Assembly: GCA_973895155.1 (NCBI GenBank) | Contig: OZ316894.1 | Span: forward strand, 21,113,867 to 21,177,866 | DNA: 64,000 bases | Reading direction: 5' to 3' | Source of the DNA: Marsupella aquatica | Taxonomy: Eukaryota; Plantae; Marchantiophyta | Part shown: positions 26,224 to 39,296 of the stretch, piece after piece | Layout: the number at the start of each line of letters is the position of its first letter | How positions within the stretch are numbered: position 1 is the stretch's first letter | The notes under the pieces: model-generated | The model's input: the letters and a program-made list of their open reading frames with translations, nothing else | Database searches by the model: none | Told to the model about the DNA's origin: nothing | Position numbers and translations under genes: made by a program

Positions 26224-28697
26224 GCCCGATTTGATCTGCTGTGTTGGTTATTGGCATCTTGGTTGTCGACAGCGGGTTGAGTCCCCGTCGACATAGGATG
26301 AACAAAGATGTTGGGATTATGGAGCTAGAATAAAACCAGGGTTTCAGCAGTGTATGTAAGATCTCGATATTGTTAGATGTTCGAGACTCTGCAATGATGA
26401 TACCCTTTGTAGCTGTTCGTCAAGACTCTGTTCACAATATAAATGATAAATCCTTAAAGTTACGAGATCTCTCTCTTGTGTCCAATTGTTGAGGGTGGGG
26501 TTGGTCATTACAATTACATCTGTGTATTTCAGTGTGTGCAAATTGTTCTGGGATCCTTTAGACACGTACATGGTGGCAACTCTGGTGAATGGATCCTGAC
26601 GAACATCAGTTTTCGGCTGCTGGATAAAATACTATTAAGAAAAACGCTGTTAACAATTTCTATGGGGTCCTTAGGCCCCATCCATGACTGATTGCCATAC
26701 AAGTTAGGATTGTGTAGGATCTGCTTTGATTACCATCTCCATCAGTGTGTATTGGGTTATCTGCCTGGGGAGGACTTATGGTCTCTTCCAATCTTTCGAG
26801 TTTTTGAATGTCTGGTTGTGCTCTGAATCCAGCGTAGATCTGGCGTTGCGATGAGAAACTCAGAATTGACCTTGGTCATCCAGAAATAAACATCCAATCC
26901 ATTGTATAGACCTTACTCATGGAGAAGTGTGCTGAATGCCTTCGCACCGTGCTCAAATAATGGTACAATAGTGTGTTGAGTAGATGGGCGAACTTGCAAT
27001 GAAAACGCTACTGCAACCGATGAGGTGTCACCAATACCTTGACTGCTCGAGACTGAAGGAAGGTGGTAGTCCACGCAACTCCTCAGAACGAATGCATATA
27101 TTGTGCAAACAGAGGTACTTGTACACTTGGACACTCCGTTTAGACGAGCAAGTTACAAAAATCTCAGGTCGCAAACTGAACAAAGTTGGCAGGACACGTA
27201 GAACCGAGCCACAAAGTTGAAAGAGTAGATCAAGACATAACAACATTCAAGGTCTAAAATTCTAGACACAAACAACAATGGAAAGGCGATTTATACTCAG
27301 GTTTATAAGTATTACGGTTGGAGATCAAATTGAAATTGACACATTCTAACGTCCATCAATCGAACAATGAAGAAGAAAAGACGAAGGATCGAAACATAAA
27401 AGAGGTGCAAGGGTCAACTCGATACATCCCTGAGAGGACTCAGAAACCAACAAAGAAACAAGAAAGCAACGATGCTCGATAGAGCAGGAATGAAAGTAGT
27501 GTAAACTGGGAGGTAGCGTTCTCCTCCGTGTTTTAGTGGGTCAGCAGATTAGAGCTACGAAGATGCACTCACAGAAGACAAGGAATTTGAGTTCGTGAAG
27601 GTTGAAGTTGGAATAGTATTACTTTTTCCGTGACACTTATGCTGATCATATATTCGGTTCTGCTGTTTTGTGTACTGTCGCCAAAACCGGGCTCATTCCA
27701 CGTTGCGGCTACCCCGATCATCACTGACACGCCGTGGTTTTACTAACTTTCATAGTTAAGTATGGTCTCTGTATGGACTAACATCTCAGGCTCTAGGGTT
27801 TTGCCGGACCTGGTCCTTCAATGGTTCTTTCACTCACCTGGACGCGTCTAGATTGGTGGACATCAGCTGATAACCAGCCTGTGGGTTGCCGTCGACTTAC
27901 CTTACATGTCAATAAAGAAAGAATTCAAAAAACGAAATCCAGACGTGTAGGAACTGAATGATAGCTGCGAGATGGACTAATCATCAAGCAGTATGGAAAT
28001 GCACCTGAAATTTTAAAGAGTGAGCATGAAATATTTCGAGAATTCCAACGAGTCATGTGGCACGAAACGATGATTGGACACATCAGATGTACGAACTAGC
28101 AGCCACCTTTAATCGAGCAAATTGCATAAGCAAAAAAAATGTTGTTTTGAACCGGATCCTTCGAATCCATGTGAGGCCTCCATAAACAGCTTGGAGTAGA
28201 CTAAATGCAGTAACTAAAATTGATCATGACATCCTCTTCTTATTTGACGTACGGACAATGTGTCAAGCGGCTTCCGTTGTGGCACCTAAAAGCCGTCACC
28301 GCCAATTGAGTAATGTACAGTAGCTAGGATGTTGATCGGAACCGGAAGTTTAGAAAGCCTAAAAGTCGACTGCAGTGCAGCTACTGATGCTGCTGATGAC
28401 ATCCTCCACTTTGCAACAACGACAACGAGTCGATCGGCTTAATAAATAGCTAACAATATTAACATGGACATGGGAAACGTGTGATCGCAGGGTTATCTGC
28501 AATAACAGAAACCATTTGCTATGTCAGATCTGTACCAATAGACTACACATTGATGCAAATACTGATAAACTCATCTTTCCTAGAACAAGCTCCATCTGCA
28601 ACCCATGAAGTTCGCGGTCAAAACCTACTGTAGTCTTAGGTTGTTTTGAAACCGCGATTCTTCCTTAGACCGTGCAGACCAATCAATATGCAATTTC

Positions 28698-29420
28698 CTA
28701 AAATGAGCGCTTTCGTCGAGAGTAAGCCATAGCCCTGATCCCATCAGGATCTGCAATGAATCCCAACGGCTTGTAGAATCCCACCACATTAGGCTCAGCA
28801 TAGAGTGCTATGTTACTGATGCCTTTCCTCACAAGATCCGCCATCAACCGCTCTATCACCACCTTTCCTAATCCACAACCCTGATAAGAGGGATCCACAA
28901 CCACATCCCAGATAATTGCGTTGAATACGTCATCCCCAGTGGCACGAGCAAATGCAATGAGCTGCTTAGCCTTCACATCACGAAGCCAGACCATGGACAG
29001 CGTGTGTTCCAGAGCTCGAGCCAGTTTCTCCTTTTGCCGACGAGGAAACCCCACTTTCACAAAGAGTGTATTGAGCTGGTCCAAGTCGAGAAACTCCACG
29101 GTGTAGTATAGTTCAAACCCACGCTGTTGAAGCGCGGAATCACTCAACGTGAAATTACCGGACTCTGTCACTCCCACTGCCCCTGTCAAAGAAGCCTTTG
29201 CTCCCACTTGAGCTCTGCTCGCTGGCGTGGCTACATACTTTGTACAGCTCCTGGTGTAATAATTGAAAGACTCTCCAGGTTGGAACTTCTGGGACAATTC
29301 TCCGTGTCGTTGCTCACATTTGACGATAGCTCTAGTGCAGCTGACCTGGCTGAAATCTCTCAAGCGAGTACGGCTGACCTGGCTGAAAATAGGCTTTAGG
29401 AGGAATCCCTGAGCAAGCAT
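28698..29420 (-). CDS. Plastid GNAT-family N-acetyltransferase (GNAT1/SNAT2-like)
   Basis: Transit-peptide-like N-terminus, then LIAFARATGDDVFNAIIWDVVVDPSYQGCGLGK (acetyl-CoA motif A) and LYAEPNVVGFYKPLGF. First ATG at 29420. Probable 5'UTR intron donor at ~29673. Confidence 0.93.
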   Translation of the reverse strand: MLAQGFLLKPIFSQVSRTRLRDFSQVSCTRAIVKCEQRHGELSQKFQPGESFNYYTRSCTKYVATPASRAQVGAKASLTGAVGVTESGNFTLSDSALQQRGFELYYTVEFLDLDQLNTLFVKVGFPRRQKEKLARALEHTLSMVWLRDVKAKQLIAFARATGDDVFNAIIWDVVVDPSYQGCGLGKVVIERLMADLVRKGISNIALYAEPNVVGFYKPLGFIADPDGIRAMAYSRRKRSF

Positions 29421-29785
29421 TGTGGAATCCCACAAACCCCTCAGTAAATCACAACAGTCTTGGACCGAAATTCTTCCCTGCTTTCTGAAACTAGACCCCT
29501 GAATCCATCATAGAGACAGCCTTCCCGCCGATATTTGTATGAAGCCAATCAAGACATGCCAATCTGCTGATCTGAGATTCCCTTTCAGAAGCACTTCGAG
29601 GCCACAACACAAACACACAAAGTCTCTTCCCCATTTATTTACGCCAGCATTCAGGAAATTGCTGAGCTCTCACCTGAAGATTCACAACTCTTGTCCAGGG
29701 TGTGGCCCAAATTGAGCTGACCTGGGCTTGTCACACCCAAGCCCACTTCAAAATCTCGGCTGACTTCAGCGCAATTCATGAATGG

Positions 29786-29930
29786 ACAGCAGCAGCAGCA
29801 GTAGCAGTAGCGACGACGAAATGTGGACGACAATTCTGCACCACCAGCCACTCATTCTCGCCAGCTCCTGCGGCAATGTATCCCTCCATCTCCATCTCAA
29901 TCTCCATCTCAATCTCCATCTCAATCTCAA
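29786..29930. repeat. Microsatellites (CAG/TAG)n and (CTCCAT/CTCAAT)n
   Basis: Directly visible at 29786-29820 and 29885-29930. Confidence 0.85.
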
Positions 29931-30782
29931 AGAGGCGACGGGGGAAATTGAGCTGAGTAAGTCAGTGGCCCATGTTGAAGAATTTCTGCACTCGATACCC
30001 AAGCTTGCACCTGCGAGAAATTCCGACTTGCAGAGAGAGAGGCAAAGAGGTGGATGAGTTGGTGATGCACGTAAGGAGCAAGCAGTGATGGTGCTGAGCT
30101 CAGTTGCCGGTGGGCTCAAAGGATCTCGACCACTAACGAACTGATCTTTTCACTGGTTGGATAATGTTTTCATTACAGTTGCCTCTCTCTAAGTGCACAT
30201 TCATGAATGAAAACCCTGGATAACTGCAAGGAGTACCGTTATCCCCTTTTTTTTCCCGTGTTTGCCCTTTTTTGCACTTCATGTAAATCGAACAGGCCAT
30301 AACAGCTTCTCTAAATGACAAATATATAAGTGCAAGTCCTTGATAACTGCACCTGAATGTTTATTGGTACAATTTGTGTACTTACACTTACTGATAAGTT
30401 TAGGGTTTTGGGGACCATGTTACTGCAGGGGATGGGGTAAGGATCAGGTTTAAGGCAGGGATGTACAAGTTAAGGTGGGAGTCATGAGAGTGTTGCTGGC
30501 AGAAGGGCCCATTGCACATGGAGGCACTGTAGGTAGCTCTTATGGATTAATGATCACTTAGTGCAAACACACATTAATTGCACACTGGATGCTTCTTCCT
30601 GGGAGTGTGCACTTAGAGAGAGACGACTGTATTCTTAGTTTAACAGACCCGAAGGATTTATACAGTACAATACCTTACTGCTGTGTACCAAGTTGTGGAT
30701 ACCATAATCCAGGGTGCACTGTACTAAAGTTTAGAGGAATGTCAAAGTATATCGTAACATCTTTTGATTGGGCAGTCTATAT

Positions 30783-30945
30783 TTTGTATGAATGGTTCAG
30801 ATCTTGTCGTAGCTAAAATATGCAGAGGGCCCACTTTTTTGTAAGAATGGTTCAGATCTTGTCGTAGCTAAAATATGCAGAGGGTCCACTTTTTTGTATG
30901 AATGGTTCAGATCTTGCCTTAGCTAGAAAATGCAGAGGGTCCAAT
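30783..30945. repeat. 3 x ~55-bp tandem repeat
   Basis: TTTGTA(T/A)GAATGGTTCAGATCTTG..TAGCTA.AA.ATGCAGAGGG.CCA units. Confidence 0.9.
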
Positions 30946-32350
30946 TGGGTTTAGGGCCCATGATCAAATTATCGTTTGATCACAGGAGTGAACATAGGCA
31001 CCATCCAAATAGGTTTGAAATATGCAAGCAAACAGAAATTTCTGAGAGTCAGGATGGGTATTGCTAGTGAGGAAAATCTAATTCAGCCGGTCATTTCATT
31101 ACGTATTTATAGAGTGTCTTGGGCACCCCTTCATAAGGAGCTTCCTACTTTCTGATGGTGTTTGAAGATGACCCTTCACTTTGACTTTACAAACGTAAAT
31201 ATATTCTCACAGGGGTAGATTCTAGTGCATTTGTAGGACTCCAGATGATCAGCAGAAAGGAGTCCACTTCTAAAAATATGACAAAAGTTCAGGAACTTGA
31301 AACCAAGTATCCGCTGGTGAGGAATTGAATTTGCTAGCAAAGTAGTTGGTATTTGAGGTTTTTTTTTCCTTGTATGAGCCAACAGTATGGTATTGCAAGG
31401 AAAATTTGTCCTCCCAAGAGGTATTTCCCATGGTACTGATACCCAATGAGTGTCTCCTCTGCCTCTCATACTCCTCCTTGCCTCCAAGGCCAGTCCCCAG
31501 CATATGTGCAGCTACATCCTACATGTATTTCCTATTCTATCTTAATTTAAAAACACCAGATGGGTGTGTTGGGAGGGGTGTTGCTGATTGCACTTCTAGC
31601 TTCCAGAAATTATGGTCGTGTAGGAGGATGAGTCTGCCTTGAATAGTAGTCAGGTTCATACCAAACTAAGGAGATTAAGCAACTCCAATGAAGAAAAGGG
31701 TTTTTGCAGTTTTGGGACTGCAATTTGGGTGTTGAACTATTCCCACCAATTGCACCAAATGCAAGCAGGGATTGGTTACAATAGAGAGGCAAACTGCAAG
31801 CTGGGCAATATGACCCACATTTGCCCCAGTATTTCCTCCTTCTCGTCACTAGAATCTGACAAGGAAACAAAGTTTAGCTTGACTTTATATTGATGCGAGG
31901 ATGCATTACTTTATTTCAAGGCACCTGGACCTTCCCTTCAATCCATACTCAATCAAATGCAAATTTCCAAAGATGGTTGTCTTGTTCTCTTGTCACATCT
32001 CACTCTCTGGGGTCATATGATCTATCTGAGAACCAAAAAGGGTTTTGTTGAGGTCTATGCAGGTTGTGAGAGTCCATCTGGGCATTGTTACAAACCTGAT
32101 GCTCGTTCGAGGTGTCTTCTTCTATAGTTGTAGGAGTTGTAAAATGATGAATATTTTGGGTAAATTTTAAATTCACTCTGCAGTTTTTACTGCATTTACT
32201 TGGAATCACTAAAACCACCCCACTTTGATGGCATGTTAGAATTTGAAAGCCTGTGAATCTGCTGCATATAGAGGCTAGACTTGTTTAGGGGTGTATCTTA
32301 TCAAATGATGGGGTGAATTCAATATCATTCCCTCTATTTTGAAAAGCATG

Positions 32351-32698
32351 CCCACGTTGTCGGCTACCCGCAGCCACAATTGAAGGGCAGTCCCATTACA
32401 TTGCTACATACTATTACGACTAGACTCGCACAGCTTCATCAGCACCAGTCTTCCCCACAAGGTTTAATGTTTTTCATCATTATCTCTACCTAACGAGACG
32501 TTCCAAGAGTTAGGCCAACTGATACCCACGTTGAAGGCTACTTAATGAAGCATTTCCGCAGCCAATATTGAAGGGCAGTCAGTATGGAATTGCTACTGAC
32601 TAGACTCGCCAGCTTTATCAGCACCACATCAGCGCAACAGTTTTCCCCACAAGGTTAATGCTTTTCATCATTATCTTTACCTAACGAGACGTTCCAAC
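32351..32698. repeat. Diverged ~180-bp duplication downstream of the MPC gene
   Basis: CCCACGTTG..TTGAAGGGCAGTC..GACTAGACTCGC..TTCCCCACAAGGTT..TTCATCATTATCT.TACCTAACGAGACGTTCCAA occurs twice. Confidence 0.85.
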
Positions 32699-32922
32699 TG
32701 TTGTGGCATAACCAACTCCCATAAACTACAAAAGAGATCATCTGGATAGTGTGGGCAGTGGGGACGTCACCAACACTGCCTAATCCATGACACCTTCGAC
32801 TACATTGAGAAATAAATGCACAAAAATCAAATCATGGGTCCCGTCTAAGTGTGGAAAGCCCATACAAATGAATTTTGGCAGGAAACTGGACTGGCAATTG
32901 ATAAAGTAAGAAGCACCTCAAA

Positions 32923-35125
32923 TTAGGATCCAATCTTTTCAACAACAGCTTTCTCGCCTCCGTAGTCCTGGCTGTAACATTGGGCCATCCACACAAAATT
33001 TCAGCACTTCTAAAATAGACAAGTTGTCTGGCCAAAGACTTGCATGTGTCTGTTTGTGAATGGAAATAAACACGTTAAGTGACTCACCTGAGTTTCCGAG
33101 ACAGTTGATAGACACCAGTTCCAAACATCGCAACATTCACAGCAAACAGATTCCAGTTTTTCTGAAACAGCCCACGTCCGAGTCAGACAACTGCTCCCTT
33201 TACACCATCGACGTCAAGGTTAGATGTGAATTTGTCAACCAAACAAATTTCTTCAGAAACAAAATCAATGTTTCTGTTAGTGAGAATTAATGAAAATAAC
33301 CTATAGCACATACCGGTGTAATCACCATAGAATAGCGAGACCATATCAACCCTGTTGCTGTGACAGCTGTTTAGCATTACACGCAGATTAACACCACCAA
33401 AGCGTTAATTACCAAAGAACAGTACATTAAAAGGTAAAATCAGATCTTAGGTCTATAAGATATGAAACAACTTATCTCACATCCCAATGCAAGGGAGTAG
33501 CCTATGAAACGTGAGCAGAAGTTTAGTAGAAAACTAGGATATATCTAGTTAGACATTTGCTCAAAACTTCACCCTATACAACTCACGGATGTCTGTCTTT
33601 CCCAAGACCGAGTACCTACCTATTTGCTGAGGGTATGATATCTTTTCTGGAGGTTTTGCGAAGTCAGCAACGTTAGCAATCGAAATTCCCCATTTGAATG
33701 TGGGAGCCCAGAAGTGAACTGCAAAAATATCATCATCCACATAATCTCAGCGTTCAGATACTATGAAGAGATGCCAGAGTCTACAGATTTCTAAGAAAAC
33801 CCTGACTCCATCTACCGGTGAAGACAAAGTTTATTCTCATAAGCAAACACACTATCCTATCAACTAGGAGAGCTGCCAGCAGAATTCAAAGCAGAGTATG
33901 ACTCCTGGGGCACAAGCATCTCCAAAGTTTGAAACGGTATGCGATATGGGTTCTATACCCTATTTCATCTCTAAAATAAACTCAAATTCAGTCAACCAGC
34001 CTGTTCATTTCCTTTGCGACAATCGTTCACGGTTGTCTGCTTTTAGCACTCAGTCAATGACCAATAAAGCAGGGAAGACATCCAAGCCCGAAATCTCAGA
34101 GTCCACCAAAATCACACTCAAGTAGGTTCTGTTCGAGCGGAAGTCAGTCACTCCAGTAAAACAGAACATACTACCTACATTACAGCGCCTTACCTTCGCA
34201 ACCCTCTTCATCAGTGCAAAACTGGCCTGGGTTGAGTTGAAGTGGGAGAAACAGTGAACAGCTAGATAAATCTGAGACTTGGAAAGGAACTCCAGGCAGG
34301 CAATCTACCATCAGCCCATTCATTCATCCATTTATAAAGAAATTTAGAGAAGAACTTCGTCATCAAGAAGAGTTGGGTTACATTTTCTAAGAATATAACA
34401 GAGTTGCGAATGGAGTAGAGCGCGATCAACGAGAACTAGAATTAGATTGCAACGCGAGAATTGAAGCGAGGACACAGACTGAAATCACAACTGATCAACA
34501 AACATATTGGAAAAGGGAGAGGCTCTCTGGAGCAATGGGAAACCCAGCTCAATGTGGTTGCTTGGCAAAGAAGCCCAGTCCATCTCAGCTCACTTGGACT
34601 TCGAAATTGGCGACTGACAGAGAGACACCACAGACTTAGAGAACAAGTGCAAGTGCAACTACTTCGCCACCAATCAACAATTCATGGAAACTACAAAGCT
34701 GTGTCAAACAGCTGAACCCATGTCCAGTTACTTGCTTTCGCCTAGCAAGCAGCCACAGCTCAGCGGACCAACTAGGGCTTACTAGTATCCTGGCAACAAT
34801 CACCGGGTTCGTCAGGCATCTGATCTATGTATACGACCAGCGAGCTCAAGAGGAGATGCTTGAATGAAATAGGGTACGGGATTGAAGTAGGATACTGCCT
34901 TGTGGTGTATACGATTTCCTCGAGCCAGCGAGCTCCAGAGGAGATGATTGATTGAAATAGGGTACGGAATTGCAGTAGGATACTGCCTTGTCGTCAAACA
35001 GACAGATACATCGAAAGCAAGTAAGAGAGAATGAAACGAAGAAGCAATTGATAGAAGCCCATCCACTCACTTGTCTTGGGACCTGCAGGATGGTTCCACA
35101 AAGTGGCCAGTCGACTGGTCGCCAT
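32923..35125 (-). CDS. MPC2: Mitochondrial pyruvate carrier (MPC2/BRP44-like), 5 exons, 109 aa
   Basis: Exons 35125-35071, 33718-33620, 33366-33314, 33161-33088, 32971-32923 (GT-AG, 330 nt). Protein: MATSRLATLWNHPAGPKTIHFWAPTFKWGISIANVADFAKPPEKISYPQQIAVTATGLIWSRYSMVITPKNWNLFAVNVAMFGTGVYQLSRKLSQDYGGEKAVVEKIGS*. Confidence 0.95.
34829..34991. repeat. ~88-bp tandem duplication in MPC intron 1
   Basis: CCAGCGAGCTC.AGAGGAGATG.TTGA.TGAAATAGGGTACGG.ATTG.AGTAGGATACTGCCTTGT occurs twice. Confidence 0.9.
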
Positions 35126-35476
35126 CTTGCCCTCTCCTGCGTTTCTGAATGCAGTCGATATACAACGATCCTCACAGAGTAGGGTCTGCCACGAAATCGA
35201 GGAAGACTTGTTTTCAGGCCAACTCCTCCGAAACAAAGGAAAGAAGGGTGAGAGAAAGGATCAACAGCTCCGTTTTTGGGACGAATTTCTTTCCTACCTC
35301 TGTTTTCTTCACGTATTCCCGACCATCACTTGGCTGGTTTTGTGTAGATGGCTTTGTTTGTGCGAAAGCGTTAGCATTGACCAACGCACCTTTGTCGGCA
35401 ATTATTTTACACGTACAACAGTACTAGAGTACAAGGGAACGAGCCTCAATGCCTCATGGGAAACTCGAGAGTGATA

Positions 35477-35946
35477 CTACAATGTTTCACCGTAATTAGT
35501 GGCATGCAAGAATTTATGTTAGTATTTTTAACATTAAGTACCACTCATTTTGGTAAAAATGATTTTGAATCCAATTAACATTAATTTTTGTCTATTTTCA
35601 AAACAATTTTTTCACTTTAATTTAAATTATTTATAAAAAATTGGATGATTCTTGAGTCCAAAGTAACATTAATTGTTGTGAATTTTATTTTTTTCACTTT
35701 AATTTAAATTATTTATAAAAAAATGGATGATTCTTGAGTCCAAAGTAACATTAATTGTTGTGAATTTTTCAAAATAGTTTTTTCTCTCTATTTTTATCAT
35801 TCGTAAGACCACAGTAACACTAATTCATGTGTGCAAAAATAATGTTAGCACAAAATTAGTGTGACTAACACTAATTCACGAGTAGACCCTGAAAATGGGC
35901 GCTCTTGAATTAGTGTTAGTCGCACTGATTATGGTGAAGAGTGTAG
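35477..35946. mobile_element. Non-autonomous TIR element (MITE/CACTA-like)
   Basis: Imperfect TIRs CTACAATGTTTCACCGTAATTAGTG / CACTGATTATGGTGAAGAGTGTAG. AT-rich interior with repeated AATTAGTG/CACTAATT motifs and an ~83-bp internal duplication. No TSD seen. Confidence 0.5.
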
Positions 35947-37189
35947 GTGGACCCTTTAATTGAGAAGTCTTACTTAATGGACCCTATGAGGTCCCATGAG
36001 ATTTTGGGACCCCCTTAAAGAGCCACTAGCCATGACAAAAACATGGTTATGCAAATTTAACCATTTTTAGTATTTTTCCTGAAATTGAGGAGCAAAGCCT
36101 CACCGTGGAGGAGAGGAATGAGAAAACAGGAGAAATCTTGAACACTTCTCTCTTTATATGGCCAGTGGTGGTTTAATTGAGAAGTGTTACTTAATGGACC
36201 CTATGAGGCCTTAGCATGTACCCAGACCCTGGCAGTGGCCCACTCAGCACTGAGTGTTGCTTGAGAGGGACACAATTAAGAGGGACAGCAGTCTATTGTC
36301 GTGACTGTCCCCTAAGGACTCCCTAACCCCAAGGAGCTGGTTTTAGATGATGAAAAAAGAGATCATCCATGTATGCAAATTGCAAAGTCTTCTTCACCAA
36401 ACTCTGCTGGCATCACTTAACTTTCAGGTGCATGAAAGTGGGGTGCAAAGAATGGGGACAAATCATGAGTGAATGTGAATAATAAAGAATCTTTTGCTTG
36501 CAAGTAAGGAATCTTTTGTAGTCACCTATGTTTATGCTGTTTTGAATTGGGAGTCAGGATAGTTTTGATAAACCACAAAAGACAGCTAGAGGATATTTTT
36601 TATGAAACACAAACGAATGCTAAGAGTCTCCAAGGGAGAGACTTCTACAATCTATTCATTTAAAGTGTATTTTGCTTTATTCACTTTTAGGTCTCTAAAT
36701 GTTTACTTTTTTGTCTCTAAATGTACACTTTTCAATACCAAAATGTACATACACTATATTATAATACTCTACACCTAAATAGTTAATTATAAATTAATTT
36801 GAGGGGGGAAAAAGGATCTTTACTAGTAGTAATCTAGGACTAGTTCATTTATAAAAGATGAACATGGTGGTAGGTTTAATGACCATCACTTTTGTTCTTG
36901 CCCAAATGTACACTTTATATTGCTCAAATGATTCTAAATAAAATTATTCAATTTTAGTGAATAGATTGACTCTCCCATAGGGCAATCACCTAGACCCTTC
37001 CTAAGTATCTGCCATGCACTTTTTTCTTTGTATATCAAGTAAAAGTATAGCGGCGCCACAGCAGCCTACAGCATATATCCAGGTCCTATCCAGCCATTTT
37101 TTTGTGGGCAAAATTTATCCAATCACTTACGTAAAAAAGCAGGCACACTAATGATACTGAGACTGAAACCTAAAACATTATGTTACATT

Positions 37190-37440
37190 AGTGACCACCT
37201 AGTGCACTATGGGGGAGTGATAGCCAATAACCACTCTACAATAATCATAAATTACTCTATGATTCGTTACCACCTAATGCACTATGGGGAGTGTTAGCCA
37301 AAAAACATTCTACAATAATGGGGAAGTACTGTATAATTGAAAGAAAATACTCAGTGAAAATATTCCATAACCATAGTCACCACGTAGTGCACTATAGGGG
37401 AATGTTAGCCAAAATACAAGTACAATAATTGTAAGAAAAT
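37190..37440. repeat. 3 degenerate tandem units
   Basis: CCAC.TA.TGCACTAT.GGG.A.TG.TAGCCAA..TACAATAAT occurs three times. Confidence 0.75.
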
Positions 37441-39296
37441 ACTCCTTGAAAAATACTCCATAACCAGACCTGTGCCAATGTTTGAAACCAAAAAATAATA
37501 ATTGCTCCATAAACAGACCAGTGCTAATGTTTAAAACCAAGAAAATTTTCCTGCTGTAGTATCGGACTCATGAGCCGAGAAGGGCACAGGCAGAGGGCCG
37601 TCTGATAGCAGGTGACTGAGCCCTGTGGGTAGGTCACCAACGACGGGCCAGGGCCTAGCGGAGGTTGGCCGCCCTAGCCCCTAGGTGACGTCAGGAAGTT
37701 TAGAAAAATAGAATTATTGCGTAGGATCACATATATTGGCGACGTTTAATACTATTGCAGCGCTTATGGTTTAATAGGGAGCGTCTTTTGCGGCTTACAA
37801 GCGTTCGCTTATGCATGCGCGCGGTCGCCGCTCCAATATTGAAAATTAATTATAGGTGACCCGTCAAGCACTTTGCCCTGTTCGTTCTTTTCAGTCTGGT
37901 CTGGTCTGGTCTGGTCTGGTCTCGTACCATTCCTTTCCCGGCATTCCTTTTCCGGGAGGCTCATCGACACAGCAGTGGAGCAACCAGTGTGTCAAACGCT
38001 CTGTGATGATGGCGGTGATGGGCAAAATCGATTCGGAGAGTGAACGGGTTTGGTGATACGATATATCTGCTGCATCTGCTGCGGTTGTGGACATCGAGGC
38101 ACTACTTTTTGTTCTGTTTTGGACCAAGGGGGTCCTGTAATGTGTCGTCTCTCGGGTGAGAGTGAATCGGCTTCAACGAAGCGGAGGCAGGTCGCCAAGA
38201 GAGATCTGAAGACCCCAGAATGGGCTTCCGCTCGGAACAACGGACCTTCAACGCCCTTCGACTCCGAAGCTAAGTTTATCGTCCAATTCGATGTCGATAG
38301 TAGTATGGAATGTAGTTATTAGTGACCTGAAAGCTCAGAACTTGACATCTTAAGCCCATGTTCCAGTTCTTAGCTGGCTGGCTCAGTGTAAGAGGTGGAT
38401 CTGGGCAACAATCAAGGCCGTGAGAAGAATACCTCGTTGTCCGCGGGTTCGGTCCTTTCGGACTCAGATAACAGGAATGCGAACGAATTCGCATAGGCAA
38501 GGTAATAGTGGAATCAAGAAGACTCTAAGGGCAACGAAAGTGGCGAGAGAGAATTTGAAGTACATGGCGAAAACAGTGACAGAATGGAGTTCGGCCCCAA
38601 AACAGAGCTGAACATCAAGGTTTGTAAGGGACACCACATCTCAGGAGAAATATGTAAGTGACTAGAGTAGGACAGTACAGAATAGAGAACATTGTAGGGA
38701 GTGTACCGCTAAATGAATGCAGCAGAAAATGAGATTTAGGAACCAAAATTGAATGTGAAAGCAAAGATGTGAGCAGACGAGTAAAAACTTTAGGACCGCA
38801 AAACTGCACTTGCAGTAGTAGAGCGACGAGACAGACGCGCACAGAGTCTTGCGAAGCCCATCTAATGGCGGAATTGGGTGCGGATCACAAGCTCCAGGTT
38901 GGCAGTAAGAATCAAAGGACGATAGCGCACACAGACAAACAATGAAAAATGAGTAGAGAAGGATCAGCTACTGAGGTTGGAATTGGGAACAACATGGTGG
39001 GGAGTGGATGTTGGCATATCTTTGATCAAGCAAGCAAAATTAGTTGCAGCTAAATTGCACACGTGGGTGAGATGAAATGGAAAATCCAATGACATCAGAA
39101 GTATCGAAAAGAGTAATGAAATGCCATGAAAAACGGTGATTTAATTTCAAAAACACTTTTTATTCACTAATACCCAGGAGATGATCTTCTCGAGGTAGGT
39201 CTAATAATCACGAGGAAACCACATTTCAGAAAATGTTTGACAACGTCCCAGGTAATTCAGAGGACCAATTTACGATTCTACTTGTACATAATATAT

